Shown here piece by piece: positions 56,772 through 64,000 of a stretch of DNA of 64,000 nucleotides. Both the position numbers and the translations under genes were made by a program. The notes beneath the pieces were generated by a model. That model was not told the origin of the DNA, did not search any database, and saw nothing but the letters and a program-made list of their open reading frames with translations. The stretch is taken from NCBI GenBank assembly GCA_017560765.1, contig JAFZEI010000053.1, forward strand, positions 48-64,047, written 5' to 3'. Each line of letters starts with the position of its first letter. Positions within the stretch are counted from its first letter, which is position 1. This DNA comes from Clostridia bacterium (GTDB lineage Bacteria; Bacillota; Clostridia; UBA1212; UBA1255).

Positions 56772-59700
56772 TTATTTAGTAAAATACTCAACACCGGACG
56801 CAAAAATCTTTTGGTTCTTATCTCCGGGAATATTGCAGCCGATTAAATTGCCATATCTCTCAGAGTGTGCCATTTTACCCAATATTCTGCCATCAGGACT
56901 TGTAATACCTTCAATTGCACAAATACTGCCGTTAGGATTCCATTCAGAATCATTCGACGGATTACCTTTATCATCCACATACTGTGTTGCAATTTGATTA
57001 TTTTTAATTAAATTCTCCAATACAGCAGGCTCTGCAACAAAACGACCTTCACCATGTGAAATAGGCACCGCGTGAACTTCGCCGGGAGTTGTATTCATAA
57101 GCCAAGGCGACTTATTTGAAACAACTCTTGTGTAAACATATCTTGAAATATGTCTGCCTATTGTATTAAATGTAAGTGTGGGAGCCTCTTTTGAAAGAGC
57201 TCTTATTTCACCGTAAGGAACAAGTCCCAATTTAATCAACGCCTGGAAACCATTACAAATACCAAGCATTAGGCCGTCGCGTTTATTAAGTAAATTGTCA
57301 ACAGCTTCTTTGATAACAGGATTTCTGAAAGCAGTTGCAATAAATTTACCGGAACCATCAGGCTCGTCACCGCCGCTGAAACCACCGGGAATCATTATAA
57401 TTTGAGCATTATCAATAAGCTTTTTCATTTCAGCTACAGACTCTTCTATATCTGAGGCGCTGAGATTCTTGAAAATAAACGGAGTGGCAATTGCGCCCTC
57501 TTTCTCAAAAGCCTTAATTGTATCATATTCGCAGTTTGTTCCGGGGAAAACAGGAATAAACACGCGAGGTTTAGCGATTTTCACAGCGGGACTCTTGCGA
57601 TTAACCTCATTGTAAAGAGGAATGTTTACATTGTCGCTTGTATCAGCAGCCTTTTCAGGGAAAACATTATCAAGAGTTTTGCGCCAAACAGCAAGCATTT
57701 CCTCTACGGAAATCACGCTGTCGCCGTAAGTTACGCTGCTGTTTTCCGTAACCTCACCCAAAAGCAACAATCTGCTGTCAAGTGTGTTAACATTTACAGA
57801 ATCAGCAAGCTCAAGAATCAAAGAACCGTAGCCCTTTTCAAAGAGTTGTAATTCTTCAAGTTCAGGACTGTATTCAAACTTAAATCCAAGTTTGTTACCG
57901 AAGCACATATAGCTGATTGACTCTGCAATACCGCCAAAACCTACTGCTTTAGCAGATACAACATCACCCTTAACGATAAGTTCGTGGATATATGAATACA
58001 TTTCTCTGATATCTGCGTAGTTGGGGATGCCGTTTTCATCTTTGGGCATAGTATAAAGTACAACTTTATTGCCGGGCTTTTTAAACTCTTGCGATCTCAT
58101 GTTATTAATATTCTCTGCAGCAACTGCAAAAGAAACAAGCGTAGGCGGTACATGAATTTGCTCAAAAGTTCCTGACATTGAGTCCTTGCCGCCTATAGCA
58201 GATGTGCCCATCTCAACTTGTGCACGGAATGCGCCCAGCAATGCAGCAAAGGGAATGCCCCACTTATTAGGATCAGTACCGAGTCTTTCAAAATACTCTT
58301 GGAATGTAAGGTAACTCTTCTTATAATCGCCACCCATGGCTGTAAGCTTTGCAAGTGATGAAACAACGGAATACATAGCTCCTACATACGGATTATCCTC
58401 CATCATATAAGGATCAAATCCATAAGTCATTATGCTACCTGTCTTAGTATCACCCTTTTCAACAGCAATTTTGGCAGCCATACCGTCAGAAGGTGTAAAC
58501 TGATATTTGCCTGCATAAGGCATTACTACAGTATTATTACCGATTGTACTGTCGAAACGCTCCTCAAGACCCTTTTGAGAGCAAACATTGAGCTGTCCTA
58601 AAAGCGCAAGCCAATTTTCTTTTACGCTCTTACTTGAATCGCATTTGCAAATATGCTCTTTCTCCGGACGGAATTTTGTTACGTCAACAGTAACATCAGC
58701 ATTTTGTTTTACACCATTGGTATCGAGGAATTCTCTTGCAATATTAACTATTGTATTACCCTTCCAATACATTTTTAATCTGCCTGTATCCGTTATATCA
58801 GCAACTTTGACAGCCTCTAAATTCTCGGTATTGGCAAGCGCAATAAATTTATCTGCATCTTCAGCTTTAACAACTACTGCCATTCTCTCTTGTGATTCTG
58901 AAATGGCAAGCTCTGTTCCGTCAAGTCCCTCGTATTTTTTAGGAACTTTATCAAGGTCAATATTAAGAGCAGGAGCAAGCTCGCCGATTGCAACGCAAAC
59001 ACCGCCTGCACCAAAGTCATTACAGCGTTTGATCATTTTACTTGCTGTAGGATTTCTGAATAATCTTTGAAGTTTTCTCTCTGTGGGAGGATTACCTTTT
59101 TGAACCTCAGAACCGCAAGTAGTAACTGATTCAACCGTATGCTCTTTAGAAGAACCTGTCGCACCACCTATTCCGTCGCGACCTGTTCTGCCGCCAAGCA
59201 ATATAACAACGTCGCCTGCATCAGGTCTTTCACGAACCACATTATCTGCAGGAGCCGCAGCAATAACAGCACCTATTTCCATTCTCTTTGCCATGTAGCC
59301 TTTATGATATATTTCACGAACATGGCCTGTTGCAAGTCCTATCTGGTTACCGTATGAAGAATAACCTGCGGCTGCACCCGTTGTAATCTTTCTTTGTGAA
59401 AGTTTACCCTTAATCGTCTGAGAAACGGGAACTGTAGGATCAGCACTTCCCGTAACACGCATTGCCTGATATACATAAGATCTTCCTGATAACGGGTCAC
59501 GAATAGCGCCGCCCAAACAAGTAGCCGCACCACCGAAAGGTTCGATTTCTGTAGGATGGTTATGTGTTTCATTTTTAAACATCAAAAGCCAATCCTGCTC
59601 CTCGCCGTCAACATCAACTTTAATTTTTATACTGCAAGCGTTGATTTCTTCTGATTCGTCAAGATCTTTAATTTTGCCGTTTTTCTTAAGGTACTTAGTA

Positions 59701-60545
59701 GCTAATGTACCGGCATCCATAAGAGTAATATCTCTTGTTTTTGCTCTTTCTCCGTAAACATTTTCACGAGCAAGAAGATATTCTTTAAATGCCTTTTCAA
59801 CTAATTCGTTCTCAGGGCCTTTAGCAAATGTTATGTTATTTAATTTTGTTAAAAATGTAGTATGTCTGCAGTGGTCAGACCAATAAGTATCTATAACTCT
59901 GATTTCTGTTATAGTGGGATCTCTTTTTTCTGTGTCTTTAAAGTAATTTCTGCAAAACAGTAAATCTTCTGCTGACATTGCAAGTCCCATATCGCTTCTC
60001 ATTTTTTTGATTTCTTCATCGCCGAGATTAATAAATCCTTTAAGTGTGTCTACCATTTCAGGAATATCAAGTTTAAGTTTTAATGTTTCAGGCTTTTCAA
60101 GAGAAGCCTCTCTTGACTCTACAGGGTTTATACTGTACTTTTTTATTGCCTCAACGTCAGCGTCGGAAATATCACCCTCAAGCACATATATTTGTGCAGC
60201 TCTTACTTCAGGACGTTCCTTTTGTGTTAAAATTTGTATACACTGCGCTGCGGAATCAGCTCTTTGGTCATACTGTCCGGGTAGATATTCTACTGCAAAA
60301 AGTTTACATCCGTCAGGACACTTAAACTCTTCATCTGTAACATCATCAACGTTCGGCTCTGAAAATACAAGATATTTTGCCGCCTCATATTCTTCTTCTG
60401 ATATACCTTCTACATCATATCTGTTTAACAGTCTTACATTCTTAAGACCGGAAATGCCCAAGTTATTCTTAAGATCTGCTGCTACAGCTTTTGCGGAAAC
60501 ATCCATTCCCGCAATCTTCTCCACAAAAATACGTCTTACACTCAT
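56772..60545 (-). CDS. purL: Phosphoribosylformylglycinamidine synthase, single-chain large type
   Basis: 1257 aa with AIR-synthase-like duplicated domains and a C-terminal glutaminase (GICNGFQAL, ...HGEGR...). Confidence 0.95.
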   Translation of the reverse strand: MSVRRIFVEKIAGMDVSAKAVAADLKNNLGISGLKNVRLLNRYDVEGISEEEYEAAKYLVFSEPNVDDVTDEEFKCPDGCKLFAVEYLPGQYDQRADSAAQCIQILTQKERPEVRAAQIYVLEGDISDADVEAIKKYSINPVESREASLEKPETLKLKLDIPEMVDTLKGFINLGDEEIKKMRSDMGLAMSAEDLLFCRNYFKDTEKRDPTITEIRVIDTYWSDHCRHTTFLTKLNNITFAKGPENELVEKAFKEYLLARENVYGERAKTRDITLMDAGTLATKYLKKNGKIKDLDESEEINACSIKIKVDVDGEEQDWLLMFKNETHNHPTEIEPFGGAATCLGGAIRDPLSGRSYVYQAMRVTGSADPTVPVSQTIKGKLSQRKITTGAAAGYSSYGNQIGLATGHVREIYHKGYMAKRMEIGAVIAAAPADNVVRERPDAGDVVILLGGRTGRDGIGGATGSSKEHTVESVTTCGSEVQKGNPPTERKLQRLFRNPTASKMIKRCNDFGAGGVCVAIGELAPALNIDLDKVPKKYEGLDGTELAISESQERMAVVVKAEDADKFIALANTENLEAVKVADITDTGRLKMYWKGNTIVNIAREFLDTNGVKQNADVTVDVTKFRPEKEHICKCDSSKSVKENWLALLGQLNVCSQKGLEERFDSTIGNNTVVMPYAGKYQFTPSDGMAAKIAVEKGDTKTGSIMTYGFDPYMMEDNPYVGAMYSVVSSLAKLTAMGGDYKKSYLTFQEYFERLGTDPNKWGIPFAALLGAFRAQVEMGTSAIGGKDSMSGTFEQIHVPPTLVSFAVAAENINNMRSQEFKKPGNKVVLYTMPKDENGIPNYADIREMYSYIHELIVKGDVVSAKAVGFGGIAESISYMCFGNKLGFKFEYSPELEELQLFEKGYGSLILELADSVNVNTLDSRLLLLGEVTENSSVTYGDSVISVEEMLAVWRKTLDNVFPEKAADTSDNVNIPLYNEVNRKSPAVKIAKPRVFIPVFPGTNCEYDTIKAFEKEGAIATPFIFKNLSASDIEESVAEMKKLIDNAQIIMIPGGFSGGDEPDGSGKFIATAFRNPVIKEAVDNLLNKRDGLMLGICNGFQALIKLGLVPYGEIRALSKEAPTLTFNTIGRHISRYVYTRVVSNKSPWLMNTTPGEVHAVPISHGEGRFVAEPAVLENLIKNNQIATQYVDDKGNPSNDSEWNPNGSICAIEGITSPDGRILGKMAHSERYGNLIGCNIPGDKNQKIFASGVEYFTK

Positions 60546-60576
60546 TATAAAATACCTATCTTTCTAAATTTCTCTC

Positions 60577-61851
60577 TTAAATACACTTTAATGCGTTATC
60601 AATATCAGCAATAATATCATCTGCAAATTCAATGCCGACAGAAAGTCTGATTAAATCCGGTGAAACTCCTGCTGCCATTAACTCATCATCATTCATTTGA
60701 CGATGTGTAGTGCTTGCAGGATGAAGAACGCAAGTTCTTGCATCAGCTACATGCGTAACAATAGCCGCCAACTTGAGACCTTCCATAAACTTTACAGCTC
60801 CCTCTCTGCCGCCTTTTACACCAAATGAAACCACACCGCATGTGCCGTTAGGCATATACTTTTGAGCAAGCTCAAAATCCTTGCTGCTTTTAAGTCCCGG
60901 ATATTTTATCCATGTAATGCTGCCGTCTTTCATTTTACCTTCTAAGAATTCGGCAACCTTTTGAGCATTCTGTACGTGACGCTCAATCCTTAAAAATAAT
61001 GTTTCAAGTCCGAGATTTGTATAAAATGCATTTTGAGGACTTGCCATTGCGCCTATATCTCTCATAAGATGCGTTCTCATTTTTGTAATATAAGCTGCTT
61101 TACCGAAGCTCTTCGTATATGTTATGCCGTGATAACTGTCATCAGGAGTTGTAAGTCCGGGAAATTTACCGTTATCCCAATTAAAATTACCACTATCAAT
61201 CACAACGCCGCCTATAGCACAAGCATGACCATCGATATACTTTGTTGTTGAATGCGTAACAACATCTGCACCAAACTCAAAAGGTCTGCAATTTACCGGT
61301 GTAGCAAATGTGTTGTCTATGATAAAAGGAACACCGTGTTCGTGAGCAACCCTTGCAAACATCTCTATGTCAATCAAATCAAGCGAAGGATTTGAAATTG
61401 TTTCACCAAAAACGCATTTTGTGTTTTCTTTAAATGCTTTGTGAAGTTCTTCCTCTGTGATGTCAGGTTTAACAAAAGTAAAGTCAATGCCCATTTCACG
61501 CATTGTTTTATTAAATAAATTGAATGTACCTCCGTAAATAGCACTTGAGCATACAACATGATCACCTGCATGGCAAATATTAAATACTGCATAAAAATTT
61601 GCCGCTTGTCCTGCAGAAGTCATTACAGCTCCTACTCCACCTTCTAAATCAGCAAGCTTCTTTTCTACTGCATCTACAGTGGGATTTGCAAGTCTTGTAT
61701 AGAAAAAACCGGAAGCCTTCAAATCAAATAAATCACCCATATCTCCGGCTGTATCATACTTATACGTTGTGCTGTGAACAATGGGCACAACTCTGGGTTC
61801 ACCGTTTTTAGGCTCATATCCTGATTGAACACATTTTGTATTTATATGCAT
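60577..61851 (-). CDS. metY: O-acetylhomoserine sulfhydrylase/aminocarboxypropyltransferase (PLP, Cys/Met metabolism family)
   Basis: 424 aa. PLP-Lys region VTHSTTKYIDGH, and full-length resemblance to MetY/CysD. Confidence 0.88.
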   Translation of the reverse strand: MHINTKCVQSGYEPKNGEPRVVPIVHSTTYKYDTAGDMGDLFDLKASGFFYTRLANPTVDAVEKKLADLEGGVGAVMTSAGQAANFYAVFNICHAGDHVVCSSAIYGGTFNLFNKTMREMGIDFTFVKPDITEEELHKAFKENTKCVFGETISNPSLDLIDIEMFARVAHEHGVPFIIDNTFATPVNCRPFEFGADVVTHSTTKYIDGHACAIGGVVIDSGNFNWDNGKFPGLTTPDDSYHGITYTKSFGKAAYITKMRTHLMRDIGAMASPQNAFYTNLGLETLFLRIERHVQNAQKVAEFLEGKMKDGSITWIKYPGLKSSKDFELAQKYMPNGTCGVVSFGVKGGREGAVKFMEGLKLAAIVTHVADARTCVLHPASTTHRQMNDDELMAAGVSPDLIRLSVGIEFADDIIADIDNALKCI

Positions 61852-61853
61852 AA

Positions 61854-62168
61854 TTAGTCCTCCTCGAAATCATCATTATCGGCTCTTGATGCGTATTCAT
61901 CAAGAACTGCTTGTGCAAGATTTTCGTTATCAACAAAAGTAAATACGGGCTCGTTATTCTCGAATGTTGTCTCCATTATAACGATTCCCATATCGTCCTC
62001 AATACCCTCATTCTCCATCGGAACAAGAACTGCATAAAGATTCTCTCTGTAATCTACAAAATCCAACAGCTCAAATTCAAAATCAACACCGTCTTCATCG
62101 GTCAATGTAAAAGTATTTATGCCGTTATCAAAAAACTCTTCTTTAATGTCTCTGCTGTTCTTTCTCAT
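61854..62168 (-). CDS. DUF1292 family protein (YrzB-like)
   Basis: A 104-aa acidic protein (..DEDGVDFEFELLDFVDYRENLYAVLVP..) in the conserved ireB-ruvX-DUF1292 order. Confidence 0.8.
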   Translation of the reverse strand: MRKNSRDIKEEFFDNGINTFTLTDEDGVDFEFELLDFVDYRENLYAVLVPMENEGIEDDMGIVIMETTFENNEPVFTFVDNENLAQAVLDEYASRADNDDFEED

Positions 62169-62196
62169 AAAAATCTCCTAAAAACTAATTTATTCA

Positions 62197-62616
62197 TTAA
62201 GACTTGTTAATCTTATCTAAATATCCCTGTAAAATAATCATAGCGGCAAGCTTATCGCTGACACCCTTCTGCTTTTGATGCTTACCGGATTCTATCATAA
62301 GCCTGTCCGCATATTTTGTTGTAAGACGCTCATCCTCAAATACAATTTTTAAATCCGGAGAAGCTTCTGACAGTGCCTTTGCAAACTTCTCCGTTTTAAC
62401 AACTCTGTCTCCTCTGCTGCCATTCATATTTGTGGGCAAACCTATAACAAGAGTATCGGAACCGTATTTGTCAATTAACTGCAGCAATTCTGATACAGTG
62501 TTTTTGCGTCCTTTTGTCGCATCAATGACGCACAAATCAAATGCCAATCTGCAACCGTCATCACTTACTGCAACTCCTATTCTGCTGTCACCGTAATCAA
62601 TACCCAGTATTCTCAT
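62197..62616 (-). CDS. ruvX: Holliday-junction-resolvase-like nuclease RuvX/YqgF
   Basis: MRILGIDYGDSRIGVAVSD start and ...DERLTT... Confidence 0.9.
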   Translation of the reverse strand: MRILGIDYGDSRIGVAVSDDGCRLAFDLCVIDATKGRKNTVSELLQLIDKYGSDTLVIGLPTNMNGSRGDRVVKTEKFAKALSEASPDLKIVFEDERLTTKYADRLMIESGKHQKQKGVSDKLAAMIILQGYLDKINKS

Positions 62617-62622
62617 AACTCT

Positions 62623-62895
62623 TTAATCTTTAATTTCTTTTTCAAGATGCTCGTTAATATAAAAAGCAAACAGTTCTTCGATAATTTCATCTCTTTCAAG
62701 ACGTGTAATCATTGAGCGGGCATTCTTGTGACTTGTGATATATGTGGGATCTCCCGACATAACGTAACCCACAAGCTGACACAAAGGGTCATAGCCCTTT
62801 TCTTTAAGAGCTTTATAAACCTCACTCATTATATTGCTCATTTCTGACTGCTTCTCCGGCACTGTAAAAAGCATAGTGTTTTTTGTATTATCCAA
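62623..62895 (-). CDS. ireB: IreB family regulatory phosphoprotein (UPF0297)
   Basis: ...KTMLF..., ...VYKALKEKGYDPLCQLVGYVMSGDPTYITSHKNAR... TTG start, 7 nt after AAGGGTG. Confidence 0.85.
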   Translation of the reverse strand: MDNTKNTMLFTVPEKQSEMSNIMSEVYKALKEKGYDPLCQLVGYVMSGDPTYITSHKNARSMITRLERDEIIEELFAFYINEHLEKEIKD

Positions 62896-62929
62896 TTCTA
62901 TTCACCCTTTATCAAATATTGATTAAATA

Positions 62930-63169
62930 TTATTTAACTAAAAAATCTGATATTTTTGCAATAAATTTATCACATGCCTCGTCATTGTCGCTGTGAATCA
63001 CAAGCTCAATGGGTTGCGATAAGTTTAACGAAAAAATACCCATTATTGATTTCGCATCAACTGTATATCTTCCCGAAACAAGGTCTGCATCGTAAGGAAG
63101 CATGTTAATTTCATTAACAAATACCTTAACTGCATCTATAGAACTTAATGTAAGCATTACTTTTTTCAT
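62930..63169 (-). CDS. HPr-fold protein lacking the His15 phosphorylation site (Crh-like)
   Basis: The start was moved to the ATG at 63169 (AGGAG RBS), giving 79 aa. VDAKSIMGIFSLNL matches the HPr Ser46 region. The position of GLHARPA reads SSIDAVKV. The track start at 63304 would overlap the upstream gene. Confidence 0.68.
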   Translation of the reverse strand: MKKVMLTLSSIDAVKVFVNEINMLPYDADLVSGRYTVDAKSIMGIFSLNLSQPIELVIHSDNDEACDKFIAKISDFLVK

Positions 63170-63254
63170 AAAAACAACTCCTAATATCAATATAAAATTA
63201 TACTGTTTTATAGTACATTTTTCGTTCCCGTGTGTCAAGCTGTTTGTATCGAAA

Positions 63255-64000
63255 CTACATATAAAATTCATTGAAAAGTGAATTTTCGGGAATTTCAAAT
63301 CCATCTTTACCTTGGAACGGATACAGCGCCTCTATCGGAATTACATCACAAAATCTTTTTTTATCACTGTCAGATGATTTATCCAGTATATCAAATATTT
63401 TTTTCTTTAGATATGAGATCTCATACTCATGAGAAGTATTGATAAATATGTCTGCATAAGGAACCAAAGGCTTCATATAATTTTTTTCTCCTCGGCGTAC
63501 TCCTTTCCACATATCCATTGTTCGTCCTAACGGAGCTGCTCTGTGGACACTGTCTCTTATCGCCCTTCTCATAAATCTTATCTGATGAGGCTCAATCAAA
63601 TAATTCTCTTCTTTATACTGAGATTTATAGCTGTCAAAGGGACTGATATAAATTTTGATACTTGTATCGAATTTAAGCCCTTCTGTTAAAATAGGATTAA
63701 ATGAATGAATACCCTCAAGAATAATCATATCCTTGTGCGTTGACTCGATAGTTTTTGTCCCTTTAACCCTCTTGCCTATTGTAAAGTCGTATTTAGGCGG
63801 AGTAATGGATTTACCCAATGTGTATTCTTTCATTTGCTGTCTGAAATAATTAACATCAATGGCATCGATTGTCTCGTAGTCAAAGTCATTACTTCCCTCC
63901 GGAACAAGCCCCATTTCTATTTGTTTTCTTTGCGTTACTTCTGCATCAAAATAGTAGTCATCCAAAGATATTACCGTACAATTGTAACCATCCTCAGATA
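63255..64000 (-). CDS. Uridine kinase/phosphoribulokinase-family nucleoside kinase; the 5' end lies outside the window
   Basis: ...VISLDDYYFD..., ...PKYDFTIGKR..., ...MIILEGIHSFNP... match the Udk core. The frame remains open upstream of the track's TTG at 63965 up to position 64000, so the P-loop part is missing from the window. Confidence 0.75.
   Translation of the reverse strand, partial: SEDGYNCTVISLDDYYFDAEVTQRKQIEMGLVPEGSNDFDYETIDAIDVNYFRQQMKEYTLGKSITPPKYDFTIGKRVKGTKTIESTHKDMIILEGIHSFNPILTEGLKFDTSIKIYISPFDSYKSQYKEENYLIEPHQIRFMRRAIRDSVHRAAPLGRTMDMWKGVRRGEKNYMKPLVPYADIFINTSHEYEISYLKKKIFDILDKSSDSDKKRFCDVIPIEALYPFQGKDGFEIPENSLFNEFYM

Noticed and set aside
60007-60567. 186-aa + strand ORF, plus 58588-59070 (160 aa), antisense to purL.
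   Set aside because: purL is intact over 1257 aa with all domains. The antisense frames are Ser-rich artefacts.

Overview
This is an AT-rich chromosomal window from a low-GC, spore-forming Firmicute that looks Clostridia-like. Supporting genes are gpr, an alpha/beta-type SASP, nrdR, a glgB-C-D-A-P operon with GlgD, and ireB-ruvX-DUF1292. About 45 CDS and one tRNA are supported, and most are on the minus strand. The housekeeping backbone is as follows. Genes glgB-glgC-glgD-glgA-glgP-GH13-nrdR-comM-dprA-topA-trmFO-amidase form one 17.6 kb co-directional run. The rest comprises ligA, ilvE, a LysR regulator, MscS, a GH78-like hydrolase, a MutS-like ATPase, gpr, SASP, rnhA-Nudix, proC, purL, metY, DUF1292, ruvX, ireB, an HPr-like gene and a partial udk-like gene. 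The standout is a family of three very large, signal-peptide-bearing, highly modular proteins: A 309-3881, B 33691-40560 and C 40834-47133. They are built from repeated [ricin-type beta-trefoil lectin / Ig-like / ConA-like DUF1080-like] triads with a period of about 1.29 kb. B and C are tandem. Each ends in a degenerate GDPD-like domain, then a catalytically plausible glycerophosphodiester-phosphodiesterase (GDPD) domain, then an Ig-like tail. A has the same promoter, 5'UTR, signal peptide and N-terminal module as C but carries a different beta-rich C-terminal domain. I saw no cell-wall anchor, no immunity-like partner and no mobile-element genes. I read this as an undescribed lectin-targeted secreted phosphodiesterase family. 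Other points of note: a 30-bp perfect palindrome encodes the last four codons (KAML) and the stop of both convergent genes lysR and ligA. tRNA-Leu(UAA) is a self-contained unit with a perfect TTGACA-N17-TATAAT promoter, and its terminator overlaps the next CDS start. There is an RNase HI-Nudix fusion, an M50-like membrane protein lacking HExxH, and an HPr-like protein lacking His15. All family names come from motif recognition by eye. No searches were run.
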